Assembly: GCA_964398815.1 (NCBI GenBank)
Contig: CAYNNZ010000002.1
Coordinates: 207 to 64,206, forward strand
Origin: an uncultured Candidatus Saccharibacteria bacterium
GTDB taxonomy: Bacteria; Patescibacteriota; Minisyncoccia; Phycocordibacterales; Phycocordibacteraceae
DNA: 64,000 bases
Direction of reading: 5' to 3'
The position numbers and the translations under genes were made by a program. Below, piece after piece: positions 29,601-37,536 of the stretch. The notes under the pieces are model-generated. The model did not search any database and was not told the origin of the DNA. It was given only the letters and a program-made list of their open reading frames with translations. Within the stretch, counting starts at the first letter, position 1. Each line of letters begins with the position of its first letter.

Positions 29601-31443
29601 GCGAGACCTGCATGGATGCGCTCGGAGAAACCTGACCAATGCCCTGATTAAGCGTTACGGTCTGCGCATTCTGGGTGGTCCAAGAAAGCGTTGCGGAACC
29701 GCCTGTCGTAATCGAGGTTGGATTTGCCATGAGCGTACACTGCGGCGGCGGCGGCGGCTGATTCACCGTTACGGATGCGTAGCAGTGGATGGTCTGGCCG
29801 TTATTACCTGTAACCGTGAGGTCATAGGTCGTCGACTGCGTCGGAGCGACGATACGAGAGCCGGAGGTCTGCACTCCACCAAAGCTGGTGAGAGAGACCG
29901 AAGATGCATTCTGCGTACCCCACGTGAGAGTCGAAGTGCCGCCCGTAGTAATAGAGGTCGGGCTCGCGGTGAGCGAACAGGTCGGAGGCGGCGGAGGCGT
30001 CGTCACCGTAACGGTCTTGTAGCAGTGCACCGTCTGGCCGGATGCGGACGTAGCCGCAAGGTCATAGGTGGTGGTCTGCGTCGGCGATGCCTGAACGGAG
30101 CCAGAGAGCGATACCGGACCGAATGCTGAGAGATTCACCGTAGCTGCATTCTGGGTGGTCCAAGAAAGCGTGGTGGAGCCACCTGCCTGAATAGTGACCG
30201 GGTTCGCGTTAAGCGTACACGCAGGCGGAGGCGGTGCCTGATTCACGTTGACCGTTGCGTAGCAGTGAATGGTCTGACCATTCGTACCCACGACGGAAAG
30301 GTCATAGGTAGTCGACTGCGTTGGACTAACGATGCGGGAACCCGCGGTCTGCACTGCACCAAAGCTGGTGAGTGTCGCAGAGGAAGCATTCGTCGTTCCC
30401 CACGTGAGAGTCGAGTTACCACCAGAGGTGATGGAAGTCGGGTTCGCCGTCATGGTACACGTCGGAGGATTCGAAGTGACCGTAACCGTTGCGTAACAAT
30501 GGACAACCTGACCATTCGTGCCCGTGACCGAAAGGTCATAGGTAGTCGATGTGTTCGGGTTCACGACACGTGAACCTGAGAGCTGCACTGCACCTACGGT
30601 CGAAAGCGATGCGGAGGATGCGTTCTGAGAGGTCCACGAGAGAGTCGAGGAACCGCCAGACGTGATAGCCGTCGGGCTCGCGGTAAGCGTACAGCTTGGC
30701 GGATTCTGGGAGACCGTAACAGTCGCCGTACAGTGAATGGTCTGACCGTTCGTTCCTGTGACCGAGAGGTCATAGGTGGTCGAGGTGTTCGGATTCACAA
30801 CGCGAGAACCCGAGAGCTGCACTGCGCCTACGGTCGAGAGCGATGCGGACGATGCATTCTGCGTGGTCCAGGAAAGCGTCGAAGTGCCGCCCGCAGTAAT
30901 AGCGGTCGGGTTAGCGGTGAGCGTACATGCCGGCTGCGGAGTGTTCACTGTCACAGTCGCGTGACAATGGACCGTGCCGGTCTCATTCGTCGCGGTGAGT
31001 TCGTACGTAGTGGTATGAGTCGGATAGACGAGGCGAGAGCCGTCGTCAGAAACGCCGCCGATGCCGTTATCGATGCTGACGGTATCAGCGTCAGTCGTGT
31101 TCCAGGTAAGGGTAGCGTTGCCACCGGTCAGGATGGAACCCGGAGTGATGTCGAGATCACAGACAGGAGCAGGCGGAGGGGTCGGCAGGGGCGTAGTGTC
31201 CACCGGAGGTGCAGCCGGAGGTGCCGGCGGCGGAGGAGGAGGCGGGGGCGGAGGTGGGGGTGGCGGAGGAGGAGGCGGGGGCGCGCAGCACGGAGGGCCG
31301 ACCTGGGCCATAACCTGGGAAGGCGTGACGAGACCAGCAGCAAACGCGATACCCATGCCGAGCGTGAAGACCGTAACCACGGTCAAAACGCCGACTAGAA
31401 TCGGCTTCTCCTTGGCGAACGTCACCTGTGTGTTGATGCTCAT
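26677..31443 (-). CDS. giant cell-surface protein (1588 aa) with Ig-like repeats and an internal LPYTG sorting motif
   Basis: From N to C: TM/signal; poly-Pro linker (about 19 Pro); 15 tandem Cys-bracketed Ig-like repeats of about 95 aa (consensus CTLTA.PTSIT.GG.STLSW...TTYDL...G....C.A.V.V); LPYTG at 27484-27498 followed by a TM segment and a ~270-aa Ala/Pro/His-rich plus folded cytoplasmic tail. Confidence 0.8.
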   Translation of the reverse strand: MSINTQVTFAKEKPILVGVLTVVTVFTLGMGIAFAAGLVTPSQVMAQVGPPCCAPPPPPPPPPPPPPPPPPPPAPPAAPPVDTTPLPTPPPAPVCDLDITPGSILTGGNATLTWNTTDADTVSIDNGIGGVSDDGSRLVYPTHTTTYELTATNETGTVHCHATVTVNTPQPACTLTANPTAITAGGTSTLSWTTQNASSASLSTVGAVQLSGSRVVNPNTSTTYDLSVTGTNGQTIHCTATVTVSQNPPSCTLTASPTAITSGGSSTLSWTSQNASSASLSTVGAVQLSGSRVVNPNTSTTYDLSVTGTNGQVVHCYATVTVTSNPPTCTMTANPTSITSGGNSTLTWGTTNASSATLTSFGAVQTAGSRIVSPTQSTTYDLSVVGTNGQTIHCYATVNVNQAPPPPACTLNANPVTIQAGGSTTLSWTTQNAATVNLSAFGPVSLSGSVQASPTQTTTYDLAATSASGQTVHCYKTVTVTTPPPPPTCSLTASPTSITTGGTSTLTWGTQNASSVSLTSFGGVQTSGSRIVAPTQSTTYDLTVTGNNGQTIHCYASVTVNQPPPPPQCTLMANPTSITTGGSATLSWTTQNAQTVTLNQGIGQVSPSASMQVSPNWTTTYDLTATSATGQTVHCYATVNVNQPPPPPTCSLNANPTSILSGNSSTLVWNTQNANTITIDQGIGQVQASGSRVVAPNGNTHYVLVATSADGQQVTCTADIQVVQPNPPVCTLTISPNNIQQGASATLSWSTQYATSFTIDQGVGSVQPVSGGSRTVTPQQTTTYTGVAYGPGGQSVPCSATVVVTVAPPPPSCTLTASPTSITQGGTSTLVWTSVNATSGSLSGVGPVTPVAGGSVQVAPTQSATYTLTVSGPGGSANCTAVIYVNPPTNPQCTLEATPSTITQGAAATLSWTTQYATTVTISSVGSVATSGSFAVAPTVTTTYTLHAVGANGASVDCTKTITVVNPPAPTCTLTANPQIVQQGSSSTLSWSTTNATSVALNGTGVATAGTQVVTPTQTTTYTLTATGPGGSVSCPTVVTVTVQPPPPAPTCTLTASPTSVNYGGTSTLTWTTTNATSATVSNGITISNVVLNGSGTVQPLSTMTYTLHAVGAGGSVDCQATVTVVTPSPTCSLSANPSSISNGGQATLTWNTSNATSFVIDQGVGSMSPVASGSTTVTPGGSRTYTGTATGPGGTVTCATTVTVNTHRPGPSCTMSVSPSTIDDGEDATLRWDSDNVDHVRINQGVGSVSDGGSRRVSPNGPGKYTYEGTFYGDNGDVITCSATLRVRETEQRIVLDSLPIVHDEPLTYVYLSDLPYTGLDLGPVGTAVYWLMLALVSLAAAYLIIAGVVPFALARLGLAPVHADDTHGYGAERNAAAIPASHAPAGAHVTHAPASEPAPRHVAHSAAPAAAPARTHASYEGFKSLAQNGALTIDDIVKGLSREADHGFVPALPVHAPVAEVAPAPIAHAAPVAHAAPVATDVPSFITALLAGEKEAVFGMIRDINKAGGNVEEFITHVTMALDDAFRAKTEGAPVHPEIAKVCENCHPSFLERVISSLSTAVDSTYTAGTTGVKLAVTRALSAIDG

Positions 31444-31514
31444 AGGATTGAGTTGAAGTTGTTGAATAAGGAATCAATAAATAAGGCCCCTGCCGCGCTC
31501 GTTATGAGGTTGGC

Positions 31515-31562
31515 GTACAAAAAAGAGGAGGTGGTGTCGGGGAGCAGCTGTGCCGCTCCCCT
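31515..31562 (-). terminator. Rho-independent terminator after the Cys-rich secreted protein gene
   Basis: ggggagcagctgtgccgctcccc hairpin, followed on the minus strand by CCUCCUCUUUUUUG. Confidence 0.5.
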
Positions 31563-31569
31563 ATCCCAT

Positions 31570-32583
31570 TTACCAGCCGTACTGCCAGCGGAAGTACTGC
31601 TGTTCGCTGCGGTAGGCTTCCGGCACATCGGACTCGTTGTACCAGACGACCGCGACCGCCGACCGATCCGGCTGAGGCCGGTAGGTCGCAGGTTCGGCAC
31701 CTTGACTCAGCGACCCTTCGCCGCCTTCCGGCGTGAAGCAGTTGAAGAGCCGGAGCCCTCCATCAGTCGCATGGCGGATGTGCACCCGCACCGCGTACCA
31801 GCCGGGCTGGACTTCGACGCACGCGGACCGTGAGATCCGCATGTTGAAGTACTCGGCCGTATCTGCGAAGTCGCAGGGCTGGGCCGTTTGGCCGACGATG
31901 TTCCGGTAAGAGCCGGCGGCAAACGAGCCGCCCGCGACCGGACCCGCGATAGCGAGCGGACACTGCGCCTCTTCCTCCTGGGTCAGCTGATGACCTTCGG
32001 AGTACATGTCGGCGGTTGAGAGCCGACCCGGAGTCATCACGTGGATGAGCACGAAGCCGCAAGGCGCAGGCGCGAGCGGGCTGACGCCCGGGTTCGCGCA
32101 CCGCAGGATCAAGACGTACCGGCCGCTGCGCTTGTCGCGCAGAACACGAACGCCCCGCAGCCCTTCCGGCTGACAGCGCATCAGGACATCGCTGGCGTCC
32201 GCGGTGATGCCGCGAACGCAGGAGCTGATGAACCGCGCATCGGTCTCGACGACGACGACCTCGGTCTCCTCGCGGAGATACCGGATGCCGTCTTCCATCG
32301 TCACGAGCCGGTCCGCCGCTTCCGGCGAACCCTGCCGAAGTCCCGCGAGGAACTTCACCCCGTTGGCGTTGCACGCGCGCAAGACGCGCGAGCCGGCCGG
32401 CAGGTTGTGAGCGATTTCGTACTGACGCGCCTCTTCCCAGCGATTAGCGAGGTCGAGATTGTCCGCGACGCCATTTTGGCAGAAGCGGTGGCCCAAAGGC
32501 CGAGCGTCCGCGAGCGTCGGCAGTCCCACAGTGGGGATTGCCATCGCCACGGAGGCGAGAAGTGCGGTAATTTTCCGCAGCAT
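31570..32583 (-). CDS. secreted Cys-rich hypothetical protein (337 aa)
   Basis: Signal peptide MLRKITALLASVAMAIPTVGLPTLADA. At least 10 Cys. Very high GC, about 66%. Sits between the sortase and giant surface genes. Confidence 0.6.
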   Translation of the reverse strand: MLRKITALLASVAMAIPTVGLPTLADARPLGHRFCQNGVADNLDLANRWEEARQYEIAHNLPAGSRVLRACNANGVKFLAGLRQGSPEAADRLVTMEDGIRYLREETEVVVVETDARFISSCVRGITADASDVLMRCQPEGLRGVRVLRDKRSGRYVLILRCANPGVSPLAPAPCGFVLIHVMTPGRLSTADMYSEGHQLTQEEEAQCPLAIAGPVAGGSFAAGSYRNIVGQTAQPCDFADTAEYFNMRISRSACVEVQPGWYAVRVHIRHATDGGLRLFNCFTPEGGEGSLSQGAEPATYRPQPDRSAVAVVWYNESDVPEAYRSEQQYFRWQYGW

Positions 32584-32698
32584 GGTGGGATACCTCCCCT
32601 AGTGGTGAAAGGAACAAAAATCTTTGCCCCCTCTGCTCGCGCAGAAAGAAGGAAGGAATCTTCCCTCTCTCTTTCTGCGCTCGCAGAGAGTTATCCGA

Positions 32699-33361
32699 CT
32701 ACGAGCCTTGGCTCGCGGCAGGATAACTCTCTACCAGATGGGCAATGACCACGAAGCGGTCAGACTTGGTCTTGAATGAATCGCAGGTAACAAGGGTGAG
32801 CTTGTTGCCTTCGACCGTAAGCGGAACGCCGTCGCCAGTGTTCGCACTCGCAACCGTTTCAACCTCATATACATAGGTCTTCCCGGCCCCGGTGACCAAG
32901 ATGCGGTCACCATGCGCCAAATTCTGTATTCCGTCAAAGGCCTTAAACGCCTGATTATGAACGACCGGCAAGTAGCTGGAATGGCCGAAAATAAGCACGT
33001 TTCCGCCCTGCTGACCGAGGGTTCCAGAAGACGGATAGCGGACTGCCCCGTGGAGCAAATCGTTATCGAGCACCTCCGGATCTGCAGTCGTCGGATTGGC
33101 GACCGTGGCAGAGAGATTGATTTTCGGAATCTCGATTTTCTCCGGAAGAATCGCCACGCCCGCTGCCTCCAGCTGCTGCTGTTCCGTCGTGAGGACGGGA
33201 GCCGGAGCGGTTGTCTTACTTTCTGGAAGCAAATCAAAGGCCGAAAGCATCATCGTGAGTGACGCGAATACGACGATAGCTAGAGCCAAAAAGCTCCATT
33301 TCTGCGCCATAATCTTGCCGGCACCCTTCTTGGGTGCCTTGTTCGTTGCGTGTGATGCCAT
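32699..33361 (-). CDS. srt: sortase family transpeptidase
   Basis: N-terminal TM anchor. His in LIFGHSSY. TLVTCDSF Cys motif and a downstream Arg. Fold-level similarity to sortases. Confidence 0.8.
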   Translation of the reverse strand: MASHATNKAPKKGAGKIMAQKWSFLALAIVVFASLTMMLSAFDLLPESKTTAPAPVLTTEQQQLEAAGVAILPEKIEIPKINLSATVANPTTADPEVLDNDLLHGAVRYPSSGTLGQQGGNVLIFGHSSYLPVVHNQAFKAFDGIQNLAHGDRILVTGAGKTYVYEVETVASANTGDGVPLTVEGNKLTLVTCDSFKTKSDRFVVIAHLVESYPAASQGS

Positions 33362-33497
33362 GCGGTCTTGGTTATAACTACACTATAAAGCACATATTGT
33401 CAAGTCCCTGCCCGCCCCTCCCGATTGACCCCTCCCCACTTTGGGCATAGTGTCGGGTAACCCTAGAGGTGGCTTTTTTCCGGAAGAGGCGCAGGGT

Positions 33498-33526
33498 TTG
33501 ACAAAAAATAATCAGTGTGGTAATAC
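33498..33526 (+). promoter_or_regulatory. sigma70-type promoter (TTGACA-N17-TAATAC with an extended -10 TG), giving a leaderless or near-leaderless mRNA
   Basis: TTGACA at 33498-33503, 17-nt spacer, TAATAC at 33521-33526. ATG at 33535, about 8 nt after the -10. Confidence 0.5.
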
Positions 33527-33534
33527 GTCACCAT

Positions 33535-34728
33535 ATGGAATCGAATCACGACTCGTCCCAGACCAAGAAAGCTGCCGTTGGCGGCCTTGCCGTCGTGGGC
33601 TTTATTGCACTCATCCTTATCGGCATCGCGACCGCTATCTACGCCGCATCCTTCCTTCCGAAGGCTATCGGCAAGCTCTCGTCCGCTAACGTGTACCTCT
33701 CTGGTCTCGTGCAGCCGAACGACAACAACAATACGCTTCAGGCAGTCCAGCCGACGACTCCGTTTGTCGACTCTCCTGCGCCGACCTCGATTCCCCTCTC
33801 GCCTGCAACCTCGACGTCCCCACTCCTGCCGACCGAACAGCCGACCACAGTCCCGACCTACACCCCGCCGGCAACTCAGCCGACCAAGCCGGTCTACACG
33901 GCACCAGCCACTCCGACCTACACCCGTGTACAGGTTCCTTCGACGCCGAACTACTACGGCCTCGCTGACCTTGTGACCACGATTACTGGCGTCGGCTACC
34001 TCCGCACGAACGGCGATACGAACTCCTTCATCGCGGCAAGCACGGTCCCGTCCGGCTACCAGGGCGCAGTACGATTCGTTATCGCTAATCGTGGTACGAA
34101 TGTCTCCCCGTCTTGGGATTTCCGCGCCTCCCTTCCGGGAGCCGGTAACTCGAGCGACTACCGCTCTGACTCCCAGCGTTCCCTTAAGCCTGGCGACAGC
34201 ATCGTCTTCACGATGGGCTTCGATTCCACCACCCGTGGAAGCGACACCGTGCGCATCGAGGCTGATTCCTCTGACCGCATCAATGAGTCGAACGAGAGCA
34301 ACAACGTCGCGTCCCAGACCATTTATCTGAACGGCAACTCGAACAACAACTCGAACAGCAATCGGGACTACGACAGTAATGGTACCTACTGCCGCTACGG
34401 CACCTACTACCAGAACAGTCGCTACTACTGCGAGACGTCGAACTCAAATCGCAACAATGATGACTACGACAGTAATGGTAACTACTGCCGCTACGGCACC
34501 TACTACCAGAACAGTCGCTACTACTGCGAGACGTCGAACTCAAATCGCAACAATGATGACTACGACAGTAATGGTAACTACTGCCGCTACGGCACCTACT
34601 ACCAGAACAGTCGCTACTACTGCGAGTCTTCGAGCTCCAACAACGATCGCGATTACGATAGCAATGGCAACTTCTGCCCAGATGGCGCGTACTACAGCTA
34701 CTCGAACAACCGCTATTACTGCTACTAA
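33535..34728 (+). CDS. membrane-anchored CARDB-domain protein with C-terminal Cys/Tyr-rich 31-aa tandem repeats
   Basis: N-terminal TM. Pro/Thr linker. CARDB-like core ...VRFVIANRGTNVSP...SDRINESNESNNV. Repeats DYDSNGNYCRYGTYYQNSRYYCETSNSNRNN x3.5. Confidence 0.7.
   Translation: MESNHDSSQTKKAAVGGLAVVGFIALILIGIATAIYAASFLPKAIGKLSSANVYLSGLVQPNDNNNTLQAVQPTTPFVDSPAPTSIPLSPATSTSPLLPTEQPTTVPTYTPPATQPTKPVYTAPATPTYTRVQVPSTPNYYGLADLVTTITGVGYLRTNGDTNSFIAASTVPSGYQGAVRFVIANRGTNVSPSWDFRASLPGAGNSSDYRSDSQRSLKPGDSIVFTMGFDSTTRGSDTVRIEADSSDRINESNESNNVASQTIYLNGNSNNNSNSNRDYDSNGTYCRYGTYYQNSRYYCETSNSNRNNDDYDSNGNYCRYGTYYQNSRYYCETSNSNRNNDDYDSNGNYCRYGTYYQNSRYYCESSSSNNDRDYDSNGNFCPDGAYYSYSNNRYYCY
34363..34690 (+). repeat. 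near-perfect 93-bp tandem DNA repeat (~3.5 copies) inside the CARDB gene
   Basis: cgactacgacagtaatggtaactactgccgctacggcacctactaccagaacagtcgctactactgcgagacgtcgaactcaaatcgcaacaatgatga repeated in tandem. Confidence 0.85.
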
Positions 34729-34787
34729 TTAGAAACGAGCTTCTCCCTGTACTGATTCATACGCGGTACACCCTGAAGGCTTCATGA

Positions 34788-34917
34788 AATCACCCCGCTC
34801 GCGCGGGGTGATTTCTTTTCACTTTTTCTCCAAACGAGGGGTACACGTTCGCCGAGGATAAGCTTGGCCTAGCGGCCCCGAGCGCACTCGGCGAACGTGT
34901 ACCCCGAGCGACCCTTT
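34788..34917. terminator. convergent terminator region between the CARDB gene (+) and gyrB (-)
   Basis: Hairpin aaatcaccccgc-tcgc-gcggggtgattt + U-tract (34788-34830). Then a 19-bp perfect inverted repeat gaggggtacacgttcgccg / cggcgaacgtgtacccc (34838-34905) + U-tract. Confidence 0.55.
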
Positions 34918-36993
34918 TTATACGTCGATATTCGCCAACTTCGCGTTCGACTGGATGAACGACTTGCGGCTCGCCACATCCGTACCCATGAGCACATCGA
35001 AGATACGGTCAGCCTCTGCAGCGTCGTCTACCGTCACGCGCTTCAGAATGCGGCGGGCAGGGTCCATGGTGGTCTCCCAGAGTTCGGATGGATTCATCTC
35101 TCCGAGACCCTTGTAACGCTGTATGCGGTACTTGGTAGCAGCCTTCTTGGACACTACCTCCTCATCCTCGGCCTCTGCGCCTTCTTCAGGCTCCTCCCCT
35201 GCCTCGACTACTTCTTCCTTGCCGACGATGGCGTACTTCTCCTCGTCCGTGTATGCGTAATGGACTTCCTTGCCGCGCTGAATCTTATACAGAGGTGGCT
35301 GTGCGATGTAGATGTATCCACCATCGATAATTGCCTTGAAATGACGGAATAGGAGCGTGAGGATGAGCGTACGAATATGGGCGCCGTCCACGTCGGCGTC
35401 GGTCGCAATGATGACTTTGTGGTAGCGCAGCTTGGTGATATCGAACACGTCGCCAATGGCGGTACCGAGCGCAATCACAAGGTTCTTAATCTGCTCTGAG
35501 GCGAGCATCTTATCGAGACGCGCACGTTCGATATTGAGAATTTTTCCGCGAAGCGGAAGGATGGCCTGCATACGACGATCGCGACCAGTCTTGGCTGAGC
35601 CACCTGCGGAGTCTCCCTCCACAATGAAGAGCTCGCTCTCCTCTGCTGACTTACTCTGGCAGTCAGCAAGCTTGCCTGGGAGGGTCATGCCCTCGAGCGC
35701 GCCCTTACGCAGCACCGAGTCCTTTGCGGCCTTTGCGGCCTTACGCGCCTTAAGGGCGAGAAGTACCTTGTTTATGATTGCCTTAGCGTCATCTGGATTC
35801 TCCTCGAGGAACGACGCGAATGCGGTACCGAACACGGTAGCAGTCGCACCCTGCGCTTCAACAGAGCCGAGCTTGCCCTTGGTCTGACCTTCGAACTGAA
35901 TCTCCGGCATCTTTATCGAAATAACGGCCGTGATGCCCTCGAGCGCGTCGTCTCCCGTGAAGTTCTCCTCACTCTCTTTGAGAATGCCTGCCGAGCGGCC
36001 ATAGGAGTTGAGCGTACGCGTGAGCGCCGTCTTGAATCCGGTCACATGCGTACCGTGCTCAGGGTTATAAATATTGTTTGCAAATGCCATGAGGCGCGGC
36101 GTAAGGTCGTCCGTGTACTGGAGCGCAATTTCCACGGCAACATCCCCTTCTGCCTGGTCCACGTAGAAAATGTTCTTGTGCACCACCGTCTGATGCTTGT
36201 TGTAGAAACCGATGAGCGAACGCAGACCTCCCTCAAAGAAGAAGGTCATGGATGGGACCTCGAGCCCAATGTCGCGCAGGTAGAAGGCCTCCTCTGCTTC
36301 CATACCAGCGCGTGTGTCCTCGCGCGCATCAATAACGGTGATGCGCGTACCCTTCACGAGATACGCCTGCTGGCGCAGGTGCGAGACAATCTTGTCCCAA
36401 TTCCATTCAATACCGCCCGTGAAGATGGATTCGTCCGGACGGAACATCACGATGGAGCCGGTCTTCGTGGTCTTACCCACCTGCTTCACCTTCGCGACCG
36501 GCTTACCGATTTTGTATTCCTGCGTATGGACGGCTCCCTCCTTATGCACGAGCACGCGTGCGTTCGTTGAAAGCGCGTTCACCACGGAGGCGCCCACGCC
36601 ATGAAGACCGCCCGAGACTTTATAGCCGGAACCCTCACCGCCGAACTTACCACCAGCGTGAAGCGTGGTCATGATGGTCTCAAGCGCAGAGACTTTCGTC
36701 TTCGGGTGGATACCCACCGGGATACCGCGGCCGTTATCTACGACACGCACATAGCCCCCCGGAAGGAGTGCGACCTCGATATCGTCCGCAAAGCCACCCA
36801 TGGCTTCGTCGCGAGAGTTGTCGAAGATTTCCCAGATGAGGTGGTGGAGACCATCGGGACCTGTGGTACCGATATACATGCCCGGGCGCTTACGGACCGG
36901 CTCAAGCCCCTCAAGGACGGTGATGCTTGAGGCATCGTAATCGCCGCCTTTTTGGGCGGCCTTTTTAGGGGTTGTGGCCTTCTTTTCTGCCAT
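34918..36993 (-). CDS. gyrB: DNA gyrase subunit B
   Basis: VLEGLEPVRKRPGMYIGTTG, GHKL ATPase and TOPRIM motifs. 691 aa. Confidence 0.95.
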   Translation of the reverse strand: MAEKKATTPKKAAQKGGDYDASSITVLEGLEPVRKRPGMYIGTTGPDGLHHLIWEIFDNSRDEAMGGFADDIEVALLPGGYVRVVDNGRGIPVGIHPKTKVSALETIMTTLHAGGKFGGEGSGYKVSGGLHGVGASVVNALSTNARVLVHKEGAVHTQEYKIGKPVAKVKQVGKTTKTGSIVMFRPDESIFTGGIEWNWDKIVSHLRQQAYLVKGTRITVIDAREDTRAGMEAEEAFYLRDIGLEVPSMTFFFEGGLRSLIGFYNKHQTVVHKNIFYVDQAEGDVAVEIALQYTDDLTPRLMAFANNIYNPEHGTHVTGFKTALTRTLNSYGRSAGILKESEENFTGDDALEGITAVISIKMPEIQFEGQTKGKLGSVEAQGATATVFGTAFASFLEENPDDAKAIINKVLLALKARKAAKAAKDSVLRKGALEGMTLPGKLADCQSKSAEESELFIVEGDSAGGSAKTGRDRRMQAILPLRGKILNIERARLDKMLASEQIKNLVIALGTAIGDVFDITKLRYHKVIIATDADVDGAHIRTLILTLLFRHFKAIIDGGYIYIAQPPLYKIQRGKEVHYAYTDEEKYAIVGKEEVVEAGEEPEEGAEAEDEEVVSKKAATKYRIQRYKGLGEMNPSELWETTMDPARRILKRVTVDDAAEADRIFDVLMGTDVASRKSFIQSNAKLANIDV

Positions 36994-37060
36994 ATTTTCG
37001 TACTTTCAGTATAGCACGGAATCACCCGCAAATCGCATTATGAATGGACCAAAACCGCCC

Positions 37061-37426
37061 TTAGGCTTTGCGCGTAATGGTGACGCCAGGAACGCCGCTC
37101 TCCCATACCGCAGGCTTCTGAATTGAAATGGTGACCGTGAGCGCACGTGTCTCGCGCAGGATTCGCTCTGCGATTGTTTCTGCGAGTGACTCGATGAGGT
37201 GGCGGCTCTCGCGTGCAAAGGTATCGCGGACGATGTTCTTCAAGACGTCGTAATCGATGGTGTCGGAAATGGCATCCGACTGCCCTGCACGCAGAAGATG
37301 CGTGCCAACGTTGAGCGAGACGATGAAGTTCTGCTCCTTGCTTCGCTCTACCTCGTAATACCCGTGAGCGCCCGCGACTGAAAGCCCTTCGATAGTGAGG
37401 AAATCCATACGGTGGGAGGGTACCAC
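37061..37426 (-). CDS. folB: dihydroneopterin aldolase
   Basis: MDFLTIEGLSVAGAHGYYEVERSKEQNFIV... is a FolB-family pattern. 121 aa. Confidence 0.75.
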   Translation of the reverse strand: MVPSHRMDFLTIEGLSVAGAHGYYEVERSKEQNFIVSLNVGTHLLRAGQSDAISDTIDYDVLKNIVRDTFARESRHLIESLAETIAERILRETRALTVTISIQKPAVWESGVPGVTITRKA

Positions 37427-37536
37427 ACCCCAAGGGTATTACTGAATCCCTAACTCGCTTCGCTCCTAACGGATTCAGGGCATATCCTCTCACCGCCCTG
37501 CTTGAATAAGAAGCCTCTATTCCATACACTGCCCTA

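Noticed and set aside
26744-31456. Many plus-strand ORFs (27265..28026, 29542..30129, 30733..31398, 31061..31456 and others) inside the giant Ig-repeat gene
   Set aside because: Arg/Gly-rich antisense frames of the repeat array. The poly-Gly ORF 31061..31456 is the complement of the poly-Pro tract.
34363-34690. Possibility that the regular tandem repeats here or in the giant genes are a CRISPR array
   Set aside because: The repeats are in-frame coding units (93 bp, or ~285 bp in the giant genes) with no unique spacers. No short 25-40 bp repeat/spacer periodicity was seen anywhere in the window.
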